NCBI GenBank assembly: GCA_048884965.1
Contig: JBHLQH010000001.1
Span: 64,001-128,000 of the forward strand
Origin: Candidatus Thorarchaeota archaeon
GTDB taxonomy: Archaea > Asgardarchaeota > Thorarchaeia > Thorarchaeales > Thorarchaeaceae
Direction: 5' to 3'
Length of the DNA stretch: 64,000 nt
Part shown: positions 12,801 through 19,393 of the stretch, one piece after another
Position numbering within the stretch: position 1 is the first letter of the stretch
Layout of the letters: every line of letters starts with the position of its first letter
Notes under the pieces: model-generated
What the model was told of the DNA's origin: nothing
Seen by the model: only the letters and a program-made list of their open reading frames with translations
The model's database searches: none
Translations under genes and position numbers: made by a program

Positions 12801-14655
12801 CTGAACCATAGGTCCAATCAAAGTATAGGGTTGCACCAGATATGCCCAATCCTGTTTCTGAATCGATATATTTGACTCGAACTGAAACAGTATCCCCTCT
12901 GAATGCTTGATAGACTGCGGCTTCAATCTCTAGTTCAGTGTGATGGTATATGTAGAAGTACCTTCGCATCTCACCTACTGCTGTACCATTGGACCAGACC
13001 GCAACAGCAGTAACTGGTCCTGCCAACCAAGTGTGTTGGATTGTAATGTTTCCATTTGTGGTGTTCTGGAAAGTGACCAAGCCTTCTGAGTTAAGTGCCT
13101 GTCCAGATTCGGAATATATGAGCTGTTCCTCTGTGTCATAGAAACTAATGGAGCTTATTCCAGCTGTGGTTGGTGGAGAGGAGAATCCATCAAGATATGT
13201 CACATTGACCCTTAGGAACGATCCCGGATAGAAATTCGAGTCTTCTGCCCACGATGATGTGTATTTCTCAAAGCTCATGGCATCGGCATAATTGGGTGCT
13301 GTTGCTGCCAAGGTCCAAGTTCCATAGTGTGGAGTTCCAGATGCCCCAGTTGAATATACATCGCAGAACAGTATACCCAAAGAGCTGTAGAATGTTGCAT
13401 TATAGTATGTAGTTCCAATCAACTGGAGATCGTTATAGGCATCTCGTACCTCCGACATCGTCCAATCATATGGGATTGATACGTTGAAATGTTGGTATGT
13501 GAATGGATATGCCATTTCTCGTGCAGTGAACGCTGCATTCCAATTTGCCAAGGTCCCATTCGATACAGTATAGATGTTTTGATCTAAATGACTATTCTTC
13601 TGTAGATGCATGAGCAACTCAAGATTAAATTCGGTGCCCGTTTCATTTGAGAGGAATTCAAGTCTTATACTATCACTCCAATTCCCTGTTAGGGTCGCAT
13701 ATCCTTTGCCTCCGCCACCAGTCACAAAGGACTCCTGATTAGAGATCTGATCTGCATCTCTGGCTTCTAGCTCAACCACTTCCGCCAATCGAGATGTCTT
13801 TAGAGTCAAACTAACATTATCACATGTCAGGGTAGCTGTAGTCTGGAACTGTGTCTCGGCCCATCCCTGAATGCCTAGTGCGATCACAAGATTTCCGGGG
13901 AACGTATACTGACTCAAGGGGAGCGGTACTGAATAGGTTTGCCAATCTTGACTGACTGAGAACCGCTCACCTCCAGTAGGGAGTTCCCAGATTGTCCCAT
14001 TCACAAAGAGGTATGGCTGTGCATTCTGACCATTGGTACCTGAGCTCGTATCAATCTTATAGGTGACATTTAGAATAGCTGAAGCCGTTCCGCCCTCGGA
14101 AACAGATACCGTTTGATTCCATGAACCCCAGTAGTCGTACTTGACCTTTCCGCCAGAAACTCGTGTGATGCTGACCCAATCGTTGATTGTGTCGTATGCT
14201 TCAGAAAGAACATTTGGTGTATCCTGATTCTCATATGCCCAATAATTGATAGAGGAGAAATCGCCCTCTTGAACCCAATCGGTAAGGTGGTACATTTGCG
14301 AGCTTATTGCGGTGATTTGAGTAGTATACCATCCTTCCGGTATATCATATGTCTGGGAGTAGAAAGTTGTTGAGTCATTTGCGCGAGCTGTCCTATCCGG
14401 AAACGTTCCACTTGCATACTCTTTAACGCTAAGAAGCGAACCTAGTCCAGTTGTACTTGTCGGAATATTTGATAAGAATGATTGCTCAGCTGGTTTGATT
14501 TCATCAAATACAGACTCATCATCACCGAAATTAGACGACTCCTTTATTGCAGGATTATCAGGTGAGATGAAACCTGAGAGTGAGAATAGCACTAATAGGC
14601 TCAAAACAATGAGGGTCTTCTGTGTAGCTCGCATTACATACAACCTCTGATTCAC
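844..14655 (-). CDS. Giant (4603 aa) single-pass cell-surface glycoprotein with dozens of Ig-like beta-sandwich repeats and a ~185-aa cytosolic helical tail
   Basis: N-terminal signal/TM (KTLIVLSLLVLFSLSGF). Recurrent ~100-115-aa units (Y.D...GI.GA...G.Y...DT..L..G.Y.I.....K..Y). Many N-x-S/T sequons. TM segment IVMFGGSFGIILALIGALLWV followed by a charged tail. Confidence 0.85.
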   Translation of the reverse strand: MNQRLYVMRATQKTLIVLSLLVLFSLSGFISPDNPAIKESSNFGDDESVFDEIKPAEQSFLSNIPTSTTGLGSLLSVKEYASGTFPDRTARANDSTTFYSQTYDIPEGWYTTQITAISSQMYHLTDWVQEGDFSSINYWAYENQDTPNVLSEAYDTINDWVSITRVSGGKVKYDYWGSWNQTVSVSEGGTASAILNVTYKIDTSSGTNGQNAQPYLFVNGTIWELPTGGERFSVSQDWQTYSVPLPLSQYTFPGNLVIALGIQGWAETQFQTTATLTCDNVSLTLKTSRLAEVVELEARDADQISNQESFVTGGGGKGYATLTGNWSDSIRLEFLSNETGTEFNLELLMHLQKNSHLDQNIYTVSNGTLANWNAAFTAREMAYPFTYQHFNVSIPYDWTMSEVRDAYNDLQLIGTTYYNATFYSSLGILFCDVYSTGASGTPHYGTWTLAATAPNYADAMSFEKYTSSWAEDSNFYPGSFLRVNVTYLDGFSSPPTTAGISSISFYDTEEQLIYSESGQALNSEGLVTFQNTTNGNITIQHTWLAGPVTAVAVWSNGTAVGEMRRYFYIYHHTELEIEAAVYQAFRGDTVSVRVKYIDSETGLGISGATLYFDWTYGSDNMGYAGNGWYAGYVDTSLAVIGGYSVNINATKSYYDYAETSGITIEIQEKTTLYSPKNLQTPTTDYEIAWGNSKTIYIAYEDTIAMNPDGISASPGSPASPDETNTFTSNNVYTVVSSVGNQISVTLTTDIDPYNFAVGDISTLTFKIEGKFSTTITSGSVYAYNVTSTSWVEIISDYHPIIDTTLTWRTTNPSHFIDGSGVIKARIDASHSSAFSYSIDLFDFVANRPIDNTAPDISITSNWPAQTVVGTQSGPTYNSSLDIWQVTFNTESVTPGEYTILIQASATGHQEKNLELTVTVRAHHTRVSSIPPSETPWGWRTWMNISFVDTDNSSIIISQGNISTVEISSIYGTYLYASANWTYDDSTGVASIAFWMDTRSWDVGTYSVTITVTSAGSGLSKYFDDGLGAAQIVIRSHDIGITANPVGQTPWGWKTNVTVSLTDLDNSTLTVNPSNVTEIIVDGQVFTSADWTYNDGVFSFFVDTSSWTISSNSYVVSVNCLDTPARYYNDRSGSVLITIKAHSMVVSATTSSATPWSWKTNVSITLIDGDNSTLDISQANITQITIGGVIYTSSEWVYSDGTFYVIVDSSSWNIGTTVLQVSVTTSSTPIKYYFNGVSTLTIQVRRHILSVSVDRPAATPWSWKTTLDITIIDLDNESFIVNEANITQIVVAGYVFTSSSWSYSAGVFTVVVDTSDWVIGTGSYAVAVTTAIAPIKMYNDRTSSVTIEIRAHLIGITVTTPSATPWSWKTNISFSLIDLDNTSLSINEGNVSQVIIAGQTFTSANWTFDAGTYICALDTSEWSIGTAFYSLSLTTSSLGYKYYQNSASTVLIQVVSHGLSVLATRPPATPYSDNTAISITIQDLNNASLIIGETNITQIVIGGQVFTSANWIYAGGVFSVNLTTDDWSIGTYTRTISVTTSGSGPTKFYSNSAGSVTIDIRERYTESYAPTPDPVPSGDTLIFYAQFRDRDLGGVLVNASTILLNGTDLVEDTDFTVMWISEGYYRITMVTTSLSLGDNIVILTMQRTNYEDASTTVRFRIRVTDTEAIASGYRFNVPLGTNIVFTVQYSDVDHSVGINADTILSNSTLTISNTSSVTGVYEFTLETIDSTVLGSYPIRINFTKSGYEDAYVIIVIVVITHDSFLSFDEAVVPTDIGSNISVYLFYEDITVGSGISNVTQEIAVSVSYTFPNSTTGWAIFFVSDNLALGTGHYIVKIPADQFGGIFTMSFTVFFNWTGVAKYESLYRTFSVELQGTDTDLSVSIAPQAVYYGDFINFTLYYEMTQASEGVENDTSDVYAFAFVLGTSIDTSDFKITTVGGGLYRFELNSSLFGADGSYTIKVYLNWTPTAAPYNENQTLSLTVTILYRTTLVDVTPPQNTAFDENATLSFSYFDSPTNTKILNSTQLFVQLNNPGLTYWLEYDSGTWTVIVDTSSVGTTGTVYLQLNVTWIGAPFYQNQTRLVSLTITTRPTQLQYTPASPTYFSSNVTMTFTYYDLIDDEHTTMFGNTLTLTSAGLTLTGNYTIIDNGDGTYDVVLNTTAFLKPGTYSITAQMTYTGVRFENNAQVQFTLRVLYRAIVATYDPVGNIAFEEDVEVVVHVTDGETAADVMNSTGAVRIQFGGVSISDPNLLGISVTWTPGSDTYSVSIENTLAIGTHYVYLNISYDYTSPFYDSKVIKITVSIRKHSTELQLTEPSARTGFGLNTTFQLTYYDLDTSLAINGASIIVVNASLTGFWSIAEVGGNLYEVRINTTAFIKPGTYWVQLSTQNAGTYPNYQDASIYVRVYVRERYTLLSYDPVGTVGYTDQVTITLYFSDTDLANAPITNSTQNLFLTVNQTNYLVSEGAAAGSYVVTMDADQFIAFTYTNVQINMTFIGAPYYQNHSISIRFQITGTSTEFVWDPSDPVPYGDRANVTFYWGDLDAGVPVDCEIGVNTAITVVSVTQPGLDTGDIAILRIVQGNDVNGYATFFLLLNTSYLDTYATYNFRITINWTDPGLAPYYEDQVSKLISITVRMRDTAIPQIVVDPVFYGENATILLKYVDLDNNSELITGGSLTISVLNGLTYEVNPTPVGGFYEVYVVTDGTGLLGIVRINMTVMWSGSPFFENQTAVSAILTINMKVATLEIDFPDVTAYLENSTFYITLQDSVTGEFINNNESYISATFVIPSIGDNPIISFVLGSDGQYRITFNTTILGMVSSYKITIKFDHSGSSPYYSVLSRNITGSVRDRVTSLDYEAIPATPYGNFTFFNVTYNDIEGAIPVAIASGNVYLSCGTSIETLEKDANYWVTYLGNGVYEVKIDTSALGAPATYVLSLKVNSTDWWLSDSLRSINLKVAYRSVELSTTSPDSTYYDEVSFFIVTILDIDNGTDGTGLEGMISYIVLTFVTPSGLSTASVNVLEIGSGQYNVSFDTSILNQLTDYTMQVSFNAPDYWSDAGPRSVTGRVTARPTQLSYDVEGAAPYLDNVTISFTFEDTITASGITGSTITLSCAGAAESLVLNTNYWITDLGNGEYIAEVDSSALGDVDTFSLVAQISSSGEPFYQNKTRSLQVEVRERATRLTYTPPQETPFGDNLTVILKYYDVDAGLLAISTSVAFFSLDAVNGTAVDSSYYWIEYISGATYHLHINTTKFGIFGRYNLTISVAGDPTYRYDDQSLVIDADIRARNTQLTINPIAQTSYTSNITIVFRYIDLDSSTGIFNDTVLGGVQVSLNRSVDWWITQTSPGVYQVLVNATSLGSTGDFAFEASFIWINGKPYFENQTIEFVVTITGAGSVLSYEPPDQIPIGDDIVIVVWYRDSSTGAGIANDTYVHAYITPLNTTPGGPFQVSITNPEDGKIVFTINSTPFLTTGALYFEIDITWSGGLPFYPDANGTIIRAVIRSIFTQTLADAPDPGTVPIGDSTLVNITFYDLDHEEIILGASISSTWPGGYWSYEILGNGIFNITLDTSWVTTTGKISAQFTFNKSFYLTKTATIYITIRLISTSAIASSPDPSVVPVGDTVAVTIIYFDTDHSLNITGASIGTNWPYGWSWAVIPGDGFSVTLYTASVTNLVNYIVSFTVTKTGYSSATTSVKFEVRRIQTAISASFAGNVVAGSNVSVIITYEDLDHNTGITGATIFTTAPGGTYSIAELGGGEYNITYFLWQQPAGTYSYDITATRTRYTSASMIVDLVLRQTRTELTTETSLIQLNWSETIDISVYYDNLDLGGMVVGADIKATISGMEFAFDEYALNYTVSIDSSIIKAGTYIVTITANKSNFEARIIQVTVVVSVLETDFSSLNEIYAYSVVSGQSVNITVYFESLAFGPITGATVEYRWDPGDGERSGTLTATSQTGYYSAFIDTTDVNINVYTLYVRANKSNHVEASIYFSLDIGLVETDLNPIGEATLRVIFGESVVLRVNYSNIDLSLPILGASVVFRFSDADYNGTLVEEGNGIYNITLTTSDLYAGTFSMYIVATKAGYETSTLSMLFEVQRIDTTVQPLNATLSIFYEQSIWMFFSYYDVHNEVPIENATLQYVWTGGSGVLEEVGNGIYKVLLDSTEVAPSSFDIRVTATKSNYITRTTSATLQVRSITMEIIVLNVIQVPVGDTMIASVYINDTVYGRPVTGADGSVLWALGAVLVEDSENPGNYTFEIPNTAILGSYDATIVVNKENYARVSTIITIIIRPIDTDLRTQSGNTFATALSGEYLQIVIEYWDLDHNLPITDADIYLTQATGVIGESDYSVMPGEAAGQYIIGFIVPSAGEFEIVIHASNGQNYEQLTLAFTVIVTAPPADPLMTIVMFGGSFGIILALIGALLWVKVYSVPKLIRIMNGMIKSLSKAKVPEKPEVRERNLMIQGIINEGLNAINISKPIDEIPMLTIEFHVPETEALLLELAEITGLGEDDIAAFRTDLARMKPSERPGFLNEVIKQERARRAQEIAEKRPEKADATRKVTAEELQEVGERLAKLGLPKEQIEEVLESAKDMTRAELDAVLEQMDRSMEE
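9980..11900 (-). repeat. Six tandem ~105-aa (315-bp) intragenic repeats (TPW-x-W-K-T type)
   Basis: TPWGWRT, TPWGWKT, TPWSWKT (three times) and TPYSDNT occur at ~11845, 11502, 11187, 10872, 10557 and 10242. Confidence 0.85.
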
Positions 14656-14785
14656 TGGACATTTGTTCAGGGTACCTACTCTGACATACTGTCATATAGA
14701 ACGGTCCCAGTCTCTAAGAGAAATGATTATGCGCTAATATAAGCTAATCTTGAATCTATATGTTCGATTTTTCGTAAAACGCTCG

Positions 14786-14817
14786 AAAAAAAGAAGTCGT
14801 CTGGAGGGTATCCAGAC
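14786..14817 (-). terminator. Hairpin plus U-tract after the glnA-like gene
   Basis: GTCTGGA (14799-14805) / TCCAGAC (14811-14817), followed on the minus strand by GACTTCTTTTTTT. Confidence 0.55.
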
Positions 14818-14833
14818 ACCTTGCATTTATTTA

Positions 14834-16144
14834 TCAAAAAGTGAGGTATTCCTCAATTTCCCATTTTGATATTTGAGTAATATCGGAGTTATTCTCAGCC
14901 TCAGAATATCGTTCCCACTCCGTACGTTTGAGTTCTAGGAATTCGTCTAATATTCTGCTCCCGAGGATTCTTCGTATCGCTATTGTATTCGCCAGCTCAT
15001 CCAACGCAGATGTAAGTGATGCTGGGAGAGAATCGACGTTTGCATCTTCGTGAAACAGGTCTTTTGTTGTGGGCTTTGGAGGTGTAAGCTGAGCATTTAC
15101 ACCATCCATACCTGAGGCAAGGATCGCAGCTAATGCAAGATGAGGACTTGAGGAAGGGTCCGGGCATCTGAACTCGATTCTTGCAGCTGCCTGAGATCCA
15201 TTGAAATGTGGGACTCTAAGCATGGATGTCCTATTCTTAGGACCCCATGCAATTCTTGTTGGTGCCTCAAAGCCTGGTACCAACCTCTTGAATGAATTGA
15301 CAGTTGGGGCAACGATTGCAGATAGGGCTCCTGCATGCTTCAGAATTCCTGCAATGTATCGCTCTCCGAGTGAGGATATCCTTGAAGCCTCTCCTGATGC
15401 AAATACATTTGATCTCAAGTCTTCAGTCCAAAGACTTTGATGAATGTGCATCCCACTGCCATTCATTCCTTCAAATGGCTTAGCCATAAAGGTCGCAATT
15501 AATCCATGCCTATGAGCGACCTCGGAGATTACATGCTTCCCAAGCATCAACCAGAGTGCAGCTTGCTCTGCAGTCGTGTGCCTGAAACCAATCTCATGTT
15601 GTCCTCGGGCAACTTCATGATGGTGTGTTGTCGTTTCTATGCCCATTCCTTTGAGGGCTTGAATTGACTCCCTTCGTACCTTGTGACCACTATCATCTGA
15701 TCCACTTGAGAAGTATCCTCCTCGATCAGCAGGAACGATACTTTCTCCATCTTTCCTTACAAGGAAGAACTCAAGTTCAAAGCCAACTATAAGCTCAAAT
15801 CCCTGCTTTCGCACTTCAGCGACGACCTTTGATAGAACCTGTATTGGGTCACAGTCATGAGGTTTCCCCGATGTTTCATATACAGCACAGGGAACGATTA
15901 CCATCGATGTATCCCAAAGAGCTGAAAGGGGTTCCTTGACAGTTGGTCGAAGGACAAGATCACTAGAGTTCACATTTGCGTAGCCGGGTACCGATGATCC
16001 ATCAAAGCAGATTCCCTCTTGAAACACTTCTTCTAGTCTGTCTGAGGAAATCTCAATGCAGTATGTCTTCCCTAGGATTGATGTGAAGAGAATTCGTATG
16101 AATTCGAATTCGTGGTCTTGTTTTCTTTCCATCTCGTTCACCAT
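14834..16144 (-). CDS. glnA: Glutamine synthetase type I family (GS or GS-like gamma-glutamyl ligase)
   Basis: Motifs FDGSS, GFELEFF, HHEVARGQHEI, ATFMAKP..G.NGSGMHIHQSL, RLVPGFEAP, NR..MLRVP and RIEFRCPD. Confidence 0.85.
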   Translation of the reverse strand: MVNEMERKQDHEFEFIRILFTSILGKTYCIEISSDRLEEVFQEGICFDGSSVPGYANVNSSDLVLRPTVKEPLSALWDTSMVIVPCAVYETSGKPHDCDPIQVLSKVVAEVRKQGFELIVGFELEFFLVRKDGESIVPADRGGYFSSGSDDSGHKVRRESIQALKGMGIETTTHHHEVARGQHEIGFRHTTAEQAALWLMLGKHVISEVAHRHGLIATFMAKPFEGMNGSGMHIHQSLWTEDLRSNVFASGEASRISSLGERYIAGILKHAGALSAIVAPTVNSFKRLVPGFEAPTRIAWGPKNRTSMLRVPHFNGSQAAARIEFRCPDPSSSPHLALAAILASGMDGVNAQLTPPKPTTKDLFHEDANVDSLPASLTSALDELANTIAIRRILGSRILDEFLELKRTEWERYSEAENNSDITQISKWEIEEYLTF

Positions 16145-16227
16145 ATAGAATGTAGCAACTCTTCACAATCGTGGTATAAGATTATTCCAACAAAATCGGA
16201 AAAGATTTCAGTAAATTTTCATATTCT

Positions 16228-16767
16228 ATGGTCATGACTGAAAGATTTTCAGTAAAACTCGATAAAATTGATCTTGAGATTATCGATCTTTTACAAGAGA
16301 ATGCCCGGATGAAGATTGGGGATATAGCTGCAAAGGTCAACAAGGGCATCTCAACCGTGCATAATAGAATCAAGGCACTTGAAGAAGCTGGAGTCATAAA
16401 GCAATATACTGCCTTAATCGATGGTGCATCCGTTGGACGTCCAACAATCGCCATGGTTTTGATAACCGTCAGGTATCGAGTGCCCGGAAGAAGAGATGTC
16501 ATATCTCAAAGAGAATTCTGCAAGGAGATAGCAGAACACCCTTTCGTACAATCCGTTCATGTTCTTAGCGGAGAGTTTGATGTTCTTCTCAAAGTACGAA
16601 CTCACGATGTTGAGGAGATGAATAGATTCATCGTGGATTTTCTACGGCAGATGCCTGCAGTCGACAGGACGCTTACGATGTTTGTAATGGATACCTATCT
16701 TGACTCGAATAGAATCCGTTTGAATGCAAAAATACCAAAGGTCAAGAGCGCTCAATCAAAACAATAG
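16228..16767 (+). CDS. Lrp/AsnC family transcriptional regulator
   Basis: N-terminal HTH (LDKIDLEIIDLLQENAR...STVHNRIKALEEAGVIKQY) and RAM domain (LSGEFDVLLKV). Divergent from glnA. Confidence 0.92.
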   Translation: MVMTERFSVKLDKIDLEIIDLLQENARMKIGDIAAKVNKGISTVHNRIKALEEAGVIKQYTALIDGASVGRPTIAMVLITVRYRVPGRRDVISQREFCKEIAEHPFVQSVHVLSGEFDVLLKVRTHDVEEMNRFIVDFLRQMPAVDRTLTMFVMDTYLDSNRIRLNAKIPKVKSAQSKQ

Positions 16768-16854
16768 GCATCAATTGGAGTGATATTTTGAGCACATTCA
16801 AACACACGCAGATTCCTTATCTGTTTTCATGATAGGGATAGGTTCGATGTTCAG

Positions 16855-17412
16855 ATGACTGCTCAGATACCTGATGAGTTTCGGTATGAAGGTGAGACTT
16901 ATGATCTGGTTGGCCTTGATGGTTCAGGTCTGTATACTCCCAATGATTTTGGTCTGGAAACCTATTCTAGCTGTACTGCATGCTGGAGAGGCTATATTAT
17001 GCACTATGATTGTGTTGATGATATGCTGATTCTAGATTCAATGGATGCAAACGTGAAGGAGCTTCACGAGGTCAACGGCGTAATGCCTGGTAAGGGTAAG
17101 AATTTCATGAAATACACCTATAATGATCTCCGATTGAAGACCAAGTTTACTGGAACAATGTTACTTGCAAGGAACTTTATTCAGGAGATGTACGTACACA
17201 TGGGCTATCAAAGACCTATGGCATATCGTACCGTCTATGAGCTAACTGTGGTCAATGGTGATATCACGAAAGTGGAGGATCTCTCAGAGCGCATGGAGAG
17301 GATGCGAAAAGAAGATCCAGGTAGAGACGCCCAACCTAGAGACCCAAGTGAGGTCCGCGAATGGATCGAGCGGACCTTCTCCTTGGATTATGAGCCAACT
17401 GATGACAGTTGA
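16855..17412 (+). CDS. Conserved hypothetical protein (MTAQIPD...CTACWRGY type)
   Basis: 185-aa ORF with a distinctive CTACWRGY motif; function unknown. Confidence 0.7.
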   Translation: MTAQIPDEFRYEGETYDLVGLDGSGLYTPNDFGLETYSSCTACWRGYIMHYDCVDDMLILDSMDANVKELHEVNGVMPGKGKNFMKYTYNDLRLKTKFTGTMLLARNFIQEMYVHMGYQRPMAYRTVYELTVVNGDITKVEDLSERMERMRKEDPGRDAQPRDPSEVREWIERTFSLDYEPTDDS

Positions 17413-17473
17413 AGATTTGTACCCCAAGGATAATATCTAGGATTCCACTCAAATCACCGGGGTCGGAGTCCTA

Positions 17474-19351
17474 ATGCAGTCCTCTTCAATTAAGAAATCC
17501 CTAATCGTCATTGGTTTGATAATCTCGATTGTAGGTTTTGGGGCGCACTTCATTAATCCTGGGAGTAGCTATAGCAAGATTGGAACCCTTGTTTCACCCT
17601 ATGGGACTGCTGCTATTCATGTTGATGCCTATACTACTGGAGGTAACTACGCTTTTAGATTGGATGTCTTGGGACCAGAAATTGGACGCACTCCACAATT
17701 CGAAGTCTTCCTAATAGATTTCAGTCAGTACAGTCTTTATCAGAGCGGTACATCAATAGAGGATTTGGATATACTGTTCAGCTTCAGTAATCAATCTAGA
17801 GGAACCTATACTGATACTGTCACCTTTGTCGATTCCTACCTTGTGATTCTTAGCTATGAGAATAAAACCTATTCGTGGAATGCCTATTACTCATTGACTC
17901 CAGATACGCATTTTCCAACACTACTCATTGGTTTCACTGGACTTCTCGTAATACTGGTGGGGTGCGCAATCTTCTTCGAAGGATGGAAGCGATACTTCTG
18001 TCTAGGTGTCAGCATAAATGTAGTGTTCTTCATAATTCGAACATTCACTTTAGTTAGCTATAGTCTAGGCCTTCCAGATATCTTCAATACAACTTTTCAC
18101 GTGGAGATGTATAACGATTACCAGTACTTCTACTTGTCATGGATTCCCCAGCTCCTCGAAGGATCATATCCCTACGGCGGTGATTTGTACTACTATATCT
18201 ATGGACCTCTCTGGATATACATCGTTTCGATCTTTGGGTATATTCCCTCGTGGCTACCTGGTGTGCCATTATTCATCTTCAATATGGCTACAGGTGCGGT
18301 CGTACAGAAAATAGTCCTGAATCTATCAGGTGATGAAAAGAAATCCATCTTTGCTATGATGATATATCTACTCAATCCTATCACTGTGATATATGGCAGT
18401 TTCATGTGGTTGAATCCAACAATATACACTTTCTTCTGTAGTCTATCATTCCTCTTCGCGTTGGAGGACAAGAACCGATATGCCATCGGAACTTTGGCTA
18501 TTGCAACACTTATGAAGCAGTTCTCAGTCATCTTCTTTCCTTTGTTATCTTTGTACCTGATTAAGAAGTATCAAGCCACTATGAAGGAAGGAATTCGTCA
18601 GTTCTTCGAATACACGATCATTTACACTATGGTTGTGATGATAGGTTCACTCCCCTTCCTAATCATCGATGCTGAAGGCTATTTATTTTGGATGATACTC
18701 GGAAATACTGGATCGGTCGAGAGGTTGATGGTATTCATTCCAGACCTTTGGATGCCCGTTCACTTCAATACCTTCTTCCTCTGGTTGGGAGTACCCGCTT
18801 GGTTCACTGACATCATGGCATGGTTACTAATCTACTATATCCCGTTGATTGTCTGTGCCATTGGTTTGTATGGCGGATACATCTTGTTCAAACCATCCGT
18901 CAACGATACGGATGATTTCAAGCTCAGAAGTAAGCGACTGTTCACACAGCTCATCATATTGGCATTTCTAGCGGTGCTATGTGTCCAGCTATTCTATCCA
19001 AGAGGTTCATACAAGTTCTATCTTCTAACATTGATGCCATTTGCTGCGGTTCTCTATGACATCAAAGATTTCCAATTCTCCTCCAATGATTCATTTAGAT
19101 TTCATCCATTCTATCTTTTCACTCTCGTTATGACCTTTGCAGTCTTCTTCTGGTATCGCTTTGTGTACTTCTGGATACTTGCGCTATGGGGCTTGTTCTA
19201 CATGTACCTTAATCGCAATATGCTGTTGGAACAAGGTGCACTATCCAGCGATAGTGAACATGATGATTATGCATTTTTCATTGAGGAGTCGATAAAGGAA
19301 GAAATCGAAGAGATGGAAGGGTCCTCAACAGATTGTGAAACAGCTTCCTGA
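17474..19351 (+). CDS. Polytopic GT-C membrane glycosyltransferase (GT87/DUF2029-like) with an N-terminal extracellular domain
   Basis: Motifs MYNDY..FY, YPY...YYYIYGPL, YLLNP and LMKQF, plus about 12 TM segments. Confidence 0.7.
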   Translation: MQSSSIKKSLIVIGLIISIVGFGAHFINPGSSYSKIGTLVSPYGTAAIHVDAYTTGGNYAFRLDVLGPEIGRTPQFEVFLIDFSQYSLYQSGTSIEDLDILFSFSNQSRGTYTDTVTFVDSYLVILSYENKTYSWNAYYSLTPDTHFPTLLIGFTGLLVILVGCAIFFEGWKRYFCLGVSINVVFFIIRTFTLVSYSLGLPDIFNTTFHVEMYNDYQYFYLSWIPQLLEGSYPYGGDLYYYIYGPLWIYIVSIFGYIPSWLPGVPLFIFNMATGAVVQKIVLNLSGDEKKSIFAMMIYLLNPITVIYGSFMWLNPTIYTFFCSLSFLFALEDKNRYAIGTLAIATLMKQFSVIFFPLLSLYLIKKYQATMKEGIRQFFEYTIIYTMVVMIGSLPFLIIDAEGYLFWMILGNTGSVERLMVFIPDLWMPVHFNTFFLWLGVPAWFTDIMAWLLIYYIPLIVCAIGLYGGYILFKPSVNDTDDFKLRSKRLFTQLIILAFLAVLCVQLFYPRGSYKFYLLTLMPFAAVLYDIKDFQFSSNDSFRFHPFYLFTLVMTFAVFFWYRFVYFWILALWGLFYMYLNRNMLLEQGALSSDSEHDDYAFFIEESIKEEIEEMEGSSTDCETAS

Positions 19352-19393
19352 TTCCATTCATTATTTATGGACACATGAGCTGGATATGACTCA

